Counted from the stretch's first letter, positions 40,643 to 50,951 are shown. The stretch: 64,000 nt of DNA from Nitrospirales bacterium (GCA_965223295.1 CBDCWC010000002.1:1120001-1184000), one strand, 5' to 3'. Translations and numbers: made by a program. Notes: generated by a model from the letters alone, not told the origin.

Positions 40643-41653
40643 TTACCGCACAACCGCTTCACTCTGGGAACGGCCAAAATGCTTTACTAGCTTGTCACGT
40701 AATTCAGCGGGTTGAAATTTTGTGACATAGTCAGTCACCCCCATTGATTTCCCTCTTTCAACATTACAGTGTCCCGAAAGGGAAGAATGCATCAAAACAG
40801 GCAACGCTTGTAGGCGCGGATCTTCACGAACATGTTTCGTAAGAGAAAATCCGTCCATTTCAGGCATTTCAATATCAGTAATCACACCGACAAAAAAATC
40901 ATAGATGGACTGGCCTGCCACCTCCGCTGTTTCAGCATAATGCTGCAAACGCGTTAACGCCTCTTTTCCCGTTTGAGTTTCTTCCCATTTCATACCTAAG
41001 CGTTCCAAGGTTTTCGTGATTTGTTTTCTGGCCACCACTGAATCATCTGCCACTAGCACTCGCTTGCCGGCTAGTTCGCTGACCATTTCAATCCCGACAA
41101 GGACTTCTTCGTCAGCTTTAGGATGCAATTCAGCCAAAACTTTTTCGACATCCAGAATCAGGACCATGCGACCGTCTTCAAGTTTGGTGACCGCAGTGAC
41201 CGCTCCTTGCCGGCTTGATTGCACCATCGGAGGAGGCACCTGAATACGTTCCCAGGACATGCGAATAATCCGGTCAACTCCAGCTACAATAAACCCTTGC
41301 TTGTTATCGTTGTACTCTGCAATGATGAGCTTCGCTCCTTCAATTTCCATGGGCCCTAACCCAATAGCCTGTTTCAAATCAACTAGAGCAACATTCTCAC
41401 CTCGAAGGTGCACTAACCCCAAGACTCTGGGATCAGCATTAGGAAGTTTGGTCACTTGAGGCACTTGCATTACTTCACGAATCTTGAAGACATTAATTCC
41501 ATAAATTTCTTCTGTGCCAAGGTGGAACATCAACAGTTCCATTTTATTGGCTCCAGCTAGCCGAGTTCGTTGATCAATTTCCGCCATCCATTTCGCCATT
41601 ACATGCTCCTCACCGGCTGAATCATGACTCTGATACGGTTCAGCTATTGTCAA
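40643..41653 (-). CDS. cheV: CheV (CheW-REC)
   Basis: YGINVFKIREV, ADDSVVARKQI, TDIEMPEMDG. Confidence 0.92.
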   Translation of the reverse strand: MTIAEPYQSHDSAGEEHVMAKWMAEIDQRTRLAGANKMELLMFHLGTEEIYGINVFKIREVMQVPQVTKLPNADPRVLGLVHLRGENVALVDLKQAIGLGPMEIEGAKLIIAEYNDNKQGFIVAGVDRIIRMSWERIQVPPPMVQSSRQGAVTAVTKLEDGRMVLILDVEKVLAELHPKADEEVLVGIEMVSELAGKRVLVADDSVVARKQITKTLERLGMKWEETQTGKEALTRLQHYAETAEVAGQSIYDFFVGVITDIEMPEMDGFSLTKHVREDPRLQALPVLMHSSLSGHCNVERGKSMGVTDYVTKFQPAELRDKLVKHFGRSQSEAVVR

Positions 41654-41675
41654 AAGAATGTTTATTCGTGTGCGA

Positions 41676-43559
41676 CTACCTCAGCGATGCGAATTCTGGC
41701 CCAAGTACACTTTGCACTAAATCGGCCATATCTAAAATCAGTACAACTTTTCCATCACCCGTAATGGTAGCCCCGGCAACACCCTGAACGTTCGCCAAGA
41801 AGTCGCCGAGGGATTTAATCACAACCTCTTCCTGCGCCTTGAGACGATCCACAACCACTCCAAACCGTTGCGCTCCAATCGCCACCACGACCACATAACA
41901 TTCATCACTGGTCCGTTCACCAGGAATTTGAAACGTTCTGGCTAAATCCAACAAGGGCAGAATCCGTTCGCGAAGATTTAGAACAGCTTCCCCATTCACA
42001 CTTTTAATGTCTTCCTTGGTCACTTTCACCGCTTCAATAACCGACGCCAGAGGGACAGCAAACGTGGCAGATTCAACTTCGACCATCAGTGCCTGAATGA
42101 TCGCCACGGTTAATGGAAGCCTAATGGTCATCTGACTACCGTGCCCCGGTTCCGAATCTAATTCTAAACTCCCGTTCATGCGGCTAATATTCGTTCGAAC
42201 CACATCCATCCCCACCCCGCGCCCAGACAAATCGCTGACCTGTTCCACGGTACTAAACCCTGGAAGGAAGATCAGCTTCATAATGTCTCGTGGACTCATG
42301 GAAGAAAGCTCAGATTCACTGACCAGCCCTTTGGATAAGGCTTTTTCTGCAATCTTTTCAACTTGCAGACCGCGACCATCATCTTCTATGCGAATGACGA
42401 TACTATTCCCTTCTTGGTAGGCCGCCAAGCGTACAGAACCTTCCGGGTTTTTCCCTTTCTGTTTGCGTTCTTCAATGGTCTCCAATCCATGATCCATAGA
42501 ATTCCGAACCAGATGGACTAACGGATCACCCAGTTCATCCGCCACCGATTTATCAACTTCCGTATCTTCTCCAACCAAATCCAATCGCACTTGCTTGCCC
42601 AGTTTATTAGATAAATCTCGAACCAAACGCGGAAAACGAGAAAATACTTTCCGGATGGGGACCATCCGTGTTTTCATGACAGCCAATTGTAAATCCGACG
42701 TCACAACGTTAAGTTGCGCCAAGGTCACACCTAGTTCGCGGACAAGCGGATTCGTTTCATCTTGTTCCTCAAGTCCAAAACCAAGCTTCATGAGCCGATT
42801 ACGTCCCAGCACTAACTCCCCAACCAGATTCATGACATGATCGAGACGTTTGGTTTCGACTCGAACAGTTGTTTCTTCTTCTTTTCCTGCCGGCTTGGAG
42901 GGTGCAGGAGACGTGGCTTTCGCCGTTCGAGAGGCCGCCTCTTGCATTTTGGCCAAGACATCAGTCAGAACTGGGGGAGCACTTTCCGTAACAGGCTCAG
43001 GAGGCAGTGTAGGGTTAGGCGTTTCTTCCTGTACGGATTCCGATGCGGGAACGATATCCTCTGCCACAACTTCCGCAGGTTCAGGCGCCTCTTCAGCTGG
43101 GACGGCCGGTGTGGAGGGTTCGCTTTTCACCGACGGTGAAGGAGCCGGCATAATATCCTTTAGATCATCTGCACTATCCATGGTGAGCGTCAATTTATTC
43201 ACGATCAATGAGGTTTCAACATGTGAATCTTCCCCCGTCGATCGTATATCCTCATGCAACAGTTTGACGGCATCCACGGCTTCAAGAATTATGTCAATTA
43301 TAAAAGGCGAAACACTCATTTCGCCTTGGCGCAATTTATTGAGGAGGCTTTCTGCCTGATGCGCGACTTCTACCAAATGGGTAAATCCAAGAAATCCAGC
43401 AGATCCTTTCATGCTATGCATGCACCGAAAAATCTCATTCAATAAGTCGGCATTGGTTGGCTCGGATTCGAGTTTGACGAAATGCTGGTCAAGCGCTTCC
43501 AACATTTCTGAACTTTCGACAAGAAAGTCACTCAATATCTCTTGCATTTCATCGTTCAT
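41676..43559 (-). CDS. cheA: Chemotaxis kinase CheA
   Basis: FRCMHSMKG Hpt, HLVRNSMDHG, SGRGVGMDVV, P5 domain. Confidence 0.95.
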   Translation of the reverse strand: MNDEMQEILSDFLVESSEMLEALDQHFVKLESEPTNADLLNEIFRCMHSMKGSAGFLGFTHLVEVAHQAESLLNKLRQGEMSVSPFIIDIILEAVDAVKLLHEDIRSTGEDSHVETSLIVNKLTLTMDSADDLKDIMPAPSPSVKSEPSTPAVPAEEAPEPAEVVAEDIVPASESVQEETPNPTLPPEPVTESAPPVLTDVLAKMQEAASRTAKATSPAPSKPAGKEEETTVRVETKRLDHVMNLVGELVLGRNRLMKLGFGLEEQDETNPLVRELGVTLAQLNVVTSDLQLAVMKTRMVPIRKVFSRFPRLVRDLSNKLGKQVRLDLVGEDTEVDKSVADELGDPLVHLVRNSMDHGLETIEERKQKGKNPEGSVRLAAYQEGNSIVIRIEDDGRGLQVEKIAEKALSKGLVSESELSSMSPRDIMKLIFLPGFSTVEQVSDLSGRGVGMDVVRTNISRMNGSLELDSEPGHGSQMTIRLPLTVAIIQALMVEVESATFAVPLASVIEAVKVTKEDIKSVNGEAVLNLRERILPLLDLARTFQIPGERTSDECYVVVVAIGAQRFGVVVDRLKAQEEVVIKSLGDFLANVQGVAGATITGDGKVVLILDMADLVQSVLGPEFASLR

Positions 43560-43626
43560 AGATCACCCTTGTCAGCACGATAGGACTCTCAAAGATCCGA
43601 GCATCACTCACGTGTCGAGCCACTTA

Positions 43627-44247
43627 TCACGAGAACCCAAATTCGGACATGATATCATCCACCAAATCTTGCTTGAGCGCGGTCGTTTTAGACGCCTCTA
43701 ATTGCCGGAGCATTTCAGTGCCACGCCCGTCGTCCTTGGCACCATCTTTCTTTTGCTTAATGCCAAAAACCACAACCAACTTGAGTAACTTGTGCTGTAC
43801 TTCATTAAGAATGGTCACTAGTTTTGCGACACGTTGTGCCACCAAGTCTTGAAATGAAAGAGCTACATGAATATCCGTAAGCCGGCCTTCATCAGTTTTT
43901 ACCATTTCCAACAATCTTTCAGCGTCGGTGGCAGATGCCCCATCCAGTTTTTGACACAATTCCTCCAAGCCACGTTGCAACGTTCCTCGATTGGTTTCTA
44001 TGGCTTCTGTGAGAGCGATCACTCGATGTGTGCCCTCTTCTGTGAGTTTGGCCAAATCATTCAGATGCGAAGTCGCCTGAGGCAATTGATCTGAGGTTGA
44101 GGCCACAGGCGATTCCATATCACGAATTGTGCTTGTAATTACTTCTACATATTTCGTTAGTTCAGCTAGTTCATTATTGATCGAACGATCTTCTTCTGGA
44201 GCATCAACATCTTCATCATCTGTCTCAATATTACGATCCACCAGCAT
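43627..44247 (-). CDS. cheZ: CheY-P phosphatase CheZ
   Basis: FQDLVAQ (DxxxQ) and C-terminal QDLVDDIMSEFGF; start set at MLVDR. Confidence 0.85.
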   Translation of the reverse strand: MLVDRNIETDDEDVDAPEEDRSINNELAELTKYVEVITSTIRDMESPVASTSDQLPQATSHLNDLAKLTEEGTHRVIALTEAIETNRGTLQRGLEELCQKLDGASATDAERLLEMVKTDEGRLTDIHVALSFQDLVAQRVAKLVTILNEVQHKLLKLVVVFGIKQKKDGAKDDGRGTEMLRQLEASKTTALKQDLVDDIMSEFGFS

Positions 44248-44299
44248 AGAATTCTCCTTATCCGACAAAAGAATGTGGAACGATCTTGTGAGGCTTTCT

Positions 44300-44698
44300 T
44301 TACCCTCTAGCCGGTTGAGTTTTGGCAAAGATTTTCTCGAGCTTTCCTTGAAGCGCCTCGGCCGTAAAGGGTTTCACAACATAGTTACTCACGCCAGCTT
44401 GCACGGCCTCGATAATATTTTCTTTTTGGGCTTCAGCCGTCACCATCAAGAAAGGAAGATGCTTGAGATCAGGATCTGCCCGCACGGCACGCAATAATTC
44501 AATACCCTGCATAACTGGCATGTTCCAATCGGACACAACCAACCCGAATCCGCCAGCCTTCAATTTCGTCAAGGCATCCTGGCCATTTTCCGCTTCAGTT
44601 AAGTTGGAAAACCCGATTTGCTTCAACACATTTTTCACAATTCGCCGCATCGTGGACATATCATCCACCACTAAAACTTTAAGACTGGTATCAATCAT
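44300..44698 (-). CDS. cheY: Chemotaxis response regulator CheY
   Basis: [29 protein letters not shown]. Confidence 0.95.
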   Translation of the reverse strand: MIDTSLKVLVVDDMSTMRRIVKNVLKQIGFSNLTEAENGQDALTKLKAGGFGLVVSDWNMPVMQGIELLRAVRADPDLKHLPFLMVTAEAQKENIIEAVQAGVSNYVVKPFTAEALQGKLEKIFAKTQPARG

Positions 44699-44815
44699 GC
44701 TGAACTCCTTGAAGCTTGAGGAAAGCCCCTCTGTGAGACATCACAAACTCATCATAAACGGATGCAAGAACAATAAATGACAATTCCTAGATGCCGCTAA
44801 CATGTAGTAAATTGA

Positions 44816-44843
44816 AATTCGGTTACTTGATGCTTATTCTTTA
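44816..44843 (-). promoter_or_regulatory. Putative sigma28 promoter of the cheY operon
   Basis: TAAAGAAT-N12-ACCGAATT. Confidence 0.55.
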
Positions 44844-45249
44844 GATATTCATTAAAAAAGTTATGTTCTAAAAGAGAGGTAAGAAGTGTTCTCTGGAGGG
44901 GAATTTTTTACTTCACAAGTGTAGTCAACAAACCATGCTGACAATGCAAATTCTAGTCTAGAATGCAAACCACGGGACCATGAGAGGTCGAAAACTAGGA
45001 GAGAAACTCGTTAGAGGAGAAACGCGGAAGCGTCAAGAGAAAGAACAGAAACAGAAACTGAAGCTGGCAAGACTCAAAGAAAGAGTCAAGCATAGATGCT
45101 GAGGCAACCATGTAGGGTATCCCATTGAACTTGACAAACCATATGATCAGATATTTCATCCTTCGAAACTGGTCCGTCGATACTGTGCACATCATACCCT
45201 AAACTCTATACTCTTCCCCAATACACTGAAGGGAACAGAGATACCAGAA

Positions 45250-45483
45250 TTAGTTTAAACTAAACCGGTCGCGGCTGCCGTTTCCTGAAGCAGCTCCAAC
45301 CATTGCTTCATCGCTGCCTGCATTTTGTACCCACGCTTCAATTTCTTCCCGGACAAATCGCCAATGCTTGCCAACCTTGTGACCTGGGAGGCGTCGTTCT
45401 CGAGCCAATTTGTAAATCGTTGACTTCGGAACTTTTAAGAATGTGGAAACTTCACTTAATGTCAGTAAATCTTTCATTGTCAT
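45250..45483 (-). CDS. Excisionase-like (HTH_17, MerR superfamily) DNA-binding protein
   Basis: LLTLSEVSTFLKVPKSTIYKLARERRLPGHKVGKHWRF. Confidence 0.88.
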   Translation of the reverse strand: MTMKDLLTLSEVSTFLKVPKSTIYKLARERRLPGHKVGKHWRFVREEIEAWVQNAGSDEAMVGAASGNGSRDRFSLN

Positions 45484-45516
45484 ACCCTCGTTAGATTTTG
45501 GCCAATAATGGTTTTC

Positions 45517-45544
45517 GTATCGGACTGATAGTTAGAAAACTTGA
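45517..45544 (-). promoter_or_regulatory. Putative sigma28 promoter of the HTH gene
   Basis: TCAAGTTT-N12-TCCGATAC. Confidence 0.65.
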
Positions 45545-45608
45545 GCGTTTTTCCGCAATAGAGGGTTTTTTTGTCCTAGAGACCTAGAAAACTCTGCCTA
45601 GGACTTCT

Positions 45609-48551
45609 TCAAACCTTTCCGCGATGGTGCTCCTGGCTTCTTTCACCTGGCATTTCTTGAGGCGATGGCATTGCCTCCCTGAGTAGAGTGGTTAACCTCT
45701 TGACCTCATAGTCCAAATCTCGGAAACGGTGCCGCAGTTCGATAAATTCTGCCCTCAAAGCTTTCTCTTCAAGACATCCAGCTAGCTTTGCCTGATGAGA
45801 TGCATTTAGAGCAGACAAGGCCCCCTTTAATTGATGAAGGAGGCGTTGAAACTCGTGGCGATTTTCCTCAACGAGAGCTTCATCCAGCCCTCGCATGATT
45901 GGGGGGGCGGTGTCAAAAAATATATGGAACAGAGAATGTAGCAATGCCTCATCGCCTTCTACTGACTCCAACGCTACCGAAAAACTATAGATTTCACTGG
46001 ATGACTGATCCGACACTTGAGTCCTTACAGCTTCAGCCTCTCCGACGCACTTTCTCTTACCTGAAACATCCAACCCAAGCCACTCCTTCAGTACGCGTAC
46101 CAAATCTCGGATGTGAACGGGCTTTGCCAAACAATCATCCATCACATGGACCCAACGCTCTTGATTTTTCTCTGAATGTCCATGTGCGGTCATTCCGATA
46201 ATTGGAATAGTCTTAGACCATAAACCCCTGTTCTCTAGCCGTTTCAGACGCTTCGATTTCTCCAGTTCTCGAATTGCCTGCGTGGTCTCAAAACCATCCA
46301 TTCCTGGCAATTCCCAATCCATCATGATGACATCAAACGCCTGTTCCTGAACAAGCGTCAGGGCTTGATCCCCTGATTTGGCGATCATCACGTGACAACC
46401 TAACTTGCCGAACAACCCCGCAGCCACCTTTTGATTGACAAGATTATCTTCAACAATCAGAACTGAGGGCCTCCTGTGACGATTCTTGTCTTCACATTCA
46501 ATGGTGACGTTCATACTCTGCTGATCGGATTCCCCCGGCACTAATAGTCTTGAATTATCATCACGATGAAAATCAGTGGATGCGTTACATTGATCAAACA
46601 CATCAGGTTCGTTGAATACACAGCGATATAGTTGATCTCGATGAATAGGCAATGTAATCATGCCGTCAAATGTTTTAAGCAAATCTTCATTGTTCTTTCG
46701 CAACCAAAAGGGACCCATCGCCCAGAGATGTATGTCCGAAAATGGAGCTGCTTTTACCGTCGACAGCCATGAACTCCATGTTTCCTGTCTAACTTCTTCT
46801 CCTATGATAATGCCTAACACGTCGGAGGGAGAGGTGCGTTTCGTCTCGAAATATTCTTTAGCGTCTTGCATCTCTTCAACCCATACCACTCGCAATCCTC
46901 TTTCTTGCAAATAACGAGATATCACCTCACTAGACATATTTAATGAAGAACATAGGAGCAGTTCTTTTCCGGCATCAACACCCAACGGCATCTCCTTTTC
47001 CTGGCCTACAGCAGGAAGCTGAAAGGGGAGATTACACCAAAACGTCGAACCATAGCCCTGCCGACTCTTCACTCCAACTGTCCCATTCATGAGTTCCACT
47101 AGTTGTTGACAAATAGCCAACCCCAACCCTGACCCACCAAATTTCCGACTCATAGAACTATCGGCTTGAGTAAACACCTGAAAAATTTTTTCTTGGGTGG
47201 AGGGAGAAATTCCAATTCCAGTATCCTTCACTGCAAATTGCAGAGATCGTTCAGAGACTTGTTCAACAATCTCTGAGTCTTCTCTAGACCCAGCAACTAT
47301 TCTCTTTTCGCATGCTGGAAGGAGCGTCACTTCAAGCCACACGGATCCCTTGTTTGTAAACTTGAGGGCATTCGAAACAAAATTACAGAGAATTTGACGT
47401 AAGCGATGAGGATCGCCAATCAAGTGGCACGGAATTTCTTGGCTAACATACGCGGCTAAATCCAGCCCCTTTTGGTAGGCTCGTTCCGAAAATAAATCCA
47501 ACACTTCTTCAACTAACGTCCAAGGATTGAAACCAATTTGTTCCAAAGCCATATACCCTGACTCAATTTTTGAAAAATCCAAAATATCATTAATAATCGC
47601 AAGCAACCCCTCGCCGGAATTCCTGATAATTTTGGTACATTCTTCTTGCTCCGGGTTTAAGACCGAATTTAATAGCAGCTCAGCCATTCCAATCACGCCG
47701 TTCAACGGTGTACGAATCTCATGGCTCATCGTCGCCAAAAATGCCGCTTTTGCTTGCGTCGCTTCTTCGGCCTTGACCAATGCTTGGTCTAACTCTTGAT
47801 TTTTTGTCTCCAATGTATCGGCAAAAGTTGTCAATTCAGCCTCCGCTCGTTTTGACTCTGTGATATCCATGCCGTATCCACGAAGCCGGCCCAATTCCGG
47901 ATGAGAAGAAAACATCCAGGCATAGTATTTCTCTCCTACTCGGACTTCGACATTGGTTTCAAGATGACCGTGCGCCAAACATCTAGCCGCCAAACCTGGG
48001 AAGTCGTCAGGTAAGGCTGTCGAAAATCCATCTTGGCCGATCTGCGCTTCTTCCATTAACCGTTCCATCGAAGGATTGACGTATAGCAGATGTCCCTCTG
48101 CATCGACCTCAATAATGGGAAAGGGACTTTCCTGTGGGATAGAGGCTAAGCGACTAAATTCCTCGGCCAAGCGAGTTTCCGTACTCAAATCACGAAACAT
48201 GAGGAGGAATTGAGTGTCTTCCTCCTCTTCTATGGCAACGGCTTTCATTTCCACCCAACACCACGTTCCTCGACGACATCGCATACGAATTCGTGGGAAC
48301 CAGCCAATTTTTTTTTCTTTAATCATTGATAAAAAATGCTGACAAAAAGTTTGGTCTCTCGCAACGGGCGCCGAATCCTCTACCATGTCATCAATCGAGA
48401 GATTGGTAGGGCAAACGCCCCCCCACCCAAGCAAACGGGAACCTGCGATATTCATCTGAACGACCGTACCTTTGTGATCAAGCAGACACGCTCCAACAAT
48501 TAGTGCGTCCCATAAATGTTGGGCAAAAGAAGGACGTGTTCCGAGGATCAT
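45609..48551 (-). CDS. Unorthodox hybrid kinase (PAS-PAS-HisKA-HATPase-pseudoREC-REC-Hpt)
   Basis: MSHEIRTPLNG, DTGIG, GGSGLGL, MDWELPGMDG, LHQLKG. Confidence 0.9.
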   Translation of the reverse strand: MILGTRPSFAQHLWDALIVGACLLDHKGTVVQMNIAGSRLLGWGGVCPTNLSIDDMVEDSAPVARDQTFCQHFLSMIKEKKIGWFPRIRMRCRRGTWCWVEMKAVAIEEEEDTQFLLMFRDLSTETRLAEEFSRLASIPQESPFPIIEVDAEGHLLYVNPSMERLMEEAQIGQDGFSTALPDDFPGLAARCLAHGHLETNVEVRVGEKYYAWMFSSHPELGRLRGYGMDITESKRAEAELTTFADTLETKNQELDQALVKAEEATQAKAAFLATMSHEIRTPLNGVIGMAELLLNSVLNPEQEECTKIIRNSGEGLLAIINDILDFSKIESGYMALEQIGFNPWTLVEEVLDLFSERAYQKGLDLAAYVSQEIPCHLIGDPHRLRQILCNFVSNALKFTNKGSVWLEVTLLPACEKRIVAGSREDSEIVEQVSERSLQFAVKDTGIGISPSTQEKIFQVFTQADSSMSRKFGGSGLGLAICQQLVELMNGTVGVKSRQGYGSTFWCNLPFQLPAVGQEKEMPLGVDAGKELLLCSSLNMSSEVISRYLQERGLRVVWVEEMQDAKEYFETKRTSPSDVLGIIIGEEVRQETWSSWLSTVKAAPFSDIHLWAMGPFWLRKNNEDLLKTFDGMITLPIHRDQLYRCVFNEPDVFDQCNASTDFHRDDNSRLLVPGESDQQSMNVTIECEDKNRHRRPSVLIVEDNLVNQKVAAGLFGKLGCHVMIAKSGDQALTLVQEQAFDVIMMDWELPGMDGFETTQAIRELEKSKRLKRLENRGLWSKTIPIIGMTAHGHSEKNQERWVHVMDDCLAKPVHIRDLVRVLKEWLGLDVSGKRKCVGEAEAVRTQVSDQSSSEIYSFSVALESVEGDEALLHSLFHIFFDTAPPIMRGLDEALVEENRHEFQRLLHQLKGALSALNASHQAKLAGCLEEKALRAEFIELRHRFRDLDYEVKRLTTLLREAMPSPQEMPGERSQEHHRGKV

Positions 48552-49861
48552 CAGAGATACTCCTTAGGATCAATGGCATACTCCGTGGGCTCTAGAACTT
48601 TCACAATGCTCACATCATGTCCTAAATTGGAATGGTTCGTTAAATCACAGACCCATGGCCGGTTAAGAATCTTTCCATCAGAATCCTGAAAAATCTTGAC
48701 CTGCGGTTTCAGACCACTTTTCTCATTTTGCTTCACGACGACGGCTTGTTCACCAATAGACAATTGCACAGCCGTACCAACGGGAAACACACCAAACGTT
48801 CGTATCATTGCTTCAATACACCGGGTTGAGAATTTTCCCTTCTGCGCTTCCTGATACATCCGACGAATGGCTAACGCGGCAGGGAAAGATCCCGTGACAC
48901 CTCCGACTGTTAACAGCTCATCAAAATAGTCCATCACACCTAACAACTGTCCACATTCAGAAAGGCTATTGTTCCCCTGTCTGTTCGCATACCCAGACCC
49001 GTCCTGATAGGCATGATGCTCCGCCACCATTCGCACGATATCCTGAGAAAACTGCTGTTGCCGTTGAATAAGGGCCTCTCCAATGGCCACATGTTGCTGA
49101 AGCAACCGAGAATCATTTCCGCTATTCCAGTGATCTTTCATAACATTGTGTGGCAACCGCATATAGCCAACATCATGCAATAAGGCCCCCACACCAATTT
49201 TTTCTAGTGTTTCATCATCCCATCCTAATTGCAGGCCAACCAAAATCGAGCACACGGCCGTATCAACCACATGCGCATAGAGAGTCTTATCAAAGTGGCT
49301 CAGCGCATTAACTAATAAAATTTCTGCCAGGAGTGTTGGATGTTGCAAAGCTTTCTGGACCAAGGATTGCGCTGCGGCATGCAGATCAGGCCGAGAAATC
49401 TGCTGCCCGCTCTTCACGCCATCAAACATGTCTTCGACGGCAGCCAACACATCTTCACGAGCCCGAGCAAGCGCAGCCCGATTCTTGGACTCCTCTTCAA
49501 AAATCGATTTTCCGGGAACTTCAACAGTCTCTGACGACACTCCTTCAGCATTCCCCTCATTCAGAACAGGGACCACCGAAGGAGCATCTGCCAGATTGGC
49601 GAATTCCCCATCAGCATGTTCTTCAGAGTCAGAAGAAACCCCCACACCAAGAGAGATGTCAATTTCTACTTCCTTAATCCCTGAACGCAGCAGTTGTTGG
49701 ATCTCAACAGGCGAATTCAACAATCGCTGATGAGTAAAGAAAGGCGACTTCCACCACGAATCAAGAACACGGACCAAAAACATGCCCGATCGCAATTGAG
49801 AGGTGGCAATGCGTCGAAGCGTGGAAGAAGAAGTCGAGGTTACTCTGGAAAGACTAGACAT
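48551..49861 (-). CDS. HD-GYP domain protein with DUF3391-like N-terminus
   Basis: LRSGMFL...WWKSPF; LLHDVG; HHAYQDGSGYA; FPVGTAVQL. Confidence 0.85.
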   Translation of the reverse strand: MSSLSRVTSTSSSTLRRIATSQLRSGMFLVRVLDSWWKSPFFTHQRLLNSPVEIQQLLRSGIKEVEIDISLGVGVSSDSEEHADGEFANLADAPSVVPVLNEGNAEGVSSETVEVPGKSIFEEESKNRAALARAREDVLAAVEDMFDGVKSGQQISRPDLHAAAQSLVQKALQHPTLLAEILLVNALSHFDKTLYAHVVDTAVCSILVGLQLGWDDETLEKIGVGALLHDVGYMRLPHNVMKDHWNSGNDSRLLQQHVAIGEALIQRQQQFSQDIVRMVAEHHAYQDGSGYANRQGNNSLSECGQLLGVMDYFDELLTVGGVTGSFPAALAIRRMYQEAQKGKFSTRCIEAMIRTFGVFPVGTAVQLSIGEQAVVVKQNEKSGLKPQVKIFQDSDGKILNRPWVCDLTNHSNLGHDVSIVKVLEPTEYAIDPKEYL

Positions 49862-50009
49862 GCCACCCCCTCACTATAGGATTGAGGCTAACGATCTCGA
49901 CTCTCCTGAGACCTGAAGGGACAGTTTGAAATAAGAGAACTTGGTTGGACAACCTGCAGAACATGACAATTGAGAAGACCTATGCAGGCATAGTTGCCAG
50001 GGAAAATAT

Positions 50010-50360
50010 TTAGGCTGGCGCGCTAGCAGGAACAGGACTTTTGGGCACGTCTGCAACGGTGGGGAAAATAGGAATCATTTTCCCAATATTCGCCAAATCC
50101 AACACCTGTTTGACATAGGTTTGGGGATTTACCAGGTAAAATGGAATCTTTTTATTCTTAAGGTTTTGATGGCAAATGACCAAGAGACCCAACGCCGAAC
50201 TATCAACAAATGTCACTTTTTCCAAATCTAGCACTACTGTTTTTCCCTCCAGAGCTAGGGTATCGACGGTTTCCTTAAATTGTTTTCTGGACCCAAAATC
50301 AAAGCGTCCATCCAAATGAACGACCGCCATCGCATCGGTTTTTTCTTCTGAAATATTCAT
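50010..50360 (-). CDS. STAS-domain anti-sigma factor antagonist
   Basis: LDGRFD, DLEKVTFVDSSALGLL; RBS GGAGG before ATG 50360. Confidence 0.9.
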   Translation of the reverse strand: MNISEEKTDAMAVVHLDGRFDFGSRKQFKETVDTLALEGKTVVLDLEKVTFVDSSALGLLVICHQNLKNKKIPFYLVNPQTYVKQVLDLANIGKMIPIFPTVADVPKSPVPASAPA

Positions 50361-50434
50361 ATGCGCCTCCTTCCCTTTGCTCCTGAAAGCTTTAAGTCTG
50401 TCGCTATAGCCCTCCAAGCCATCATTAATCAATC

Positions 50435-50462
50435 TTATCGGTTAGTATTCAAGAAGAATTAA
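50435..50462 (-). promoter_or_regulatory. Putative sigma28 promoter of the STAS/HD-GYP/kinase genes
   Basis: TTAATTCT-N12-ACCGATAA. Confidence 0.5.
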
Positions 50463-50561
50463 GGACAGAAGAGGAAGGATAAGATATGAAAAAGAGGTAA
50501 AATCGTCTGTAACATTCTTCCAACTCCTTACTCCTAATCTCTCACACCTTGCGAATTCTTC

Positions 50562-50951
50562 TTATGATTTGGCATGAAGCCCTACATGGGACTCAAACTC
50601 TTCTTCAACCTGATTCGCCTGCGTTCCACTGTTATACAATACTAAGTTTTTCAGATGCTGGATGCTCTCATTGCCAATAATTTCATCAAATTGCACAGCC
50701 AATTTGTGCGTCTCCGTACGTGCGACCACTCCCCTCGCCTCTATGGTAGGACCACCCTGTCCACCGTCTAAATGGACAAAAACTAGACACGGAGTTTGTT
50801 CAGGTAGCGATGTTTCACTATTGAGTAACAAACCGTTCAAGCTCACATTTTCCAATTCCCCTTGAATCACGACATTGCCGCCAACGCGCAACTCGGCATG
50901 AATTGCTACTTTGACTCGCGTAAACTCTCGATGATTTTCAACAGCAGGCAT
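50562..50951 (-). CDS. PilZ-domain c-di-GMP receptor
   Basis: REFTR (RxxxR) and NVSLNG (NxSxxG); start set at MPAVE. Confidence 0.88.
   Translation of the reverse strand: MPAVENHREFTRVKVAIHAELRVGGNVVIQGELENVSLNGLLLNSETSLPEQTPCLVFVHLDGGQGGPTIEARGVVARTETHKLAVQFDEIIGNESIQHLKNLVLYNSGTQANQVEEEFESHVGLHAKS

Noticed and set aside
44941-45000. c-di-GMP-I riboswitch-like words (GCAAA...GCAAACCACGGG)
   Set aside because: No convincing two-stem structure, and it is on the strand opposite the downstream cheY.
45250-45483. Prophage or integrative element suggested by the excisionase-like gene
   Set aside because: No integrase, tRNA or att site, or phage genes seen in the window.
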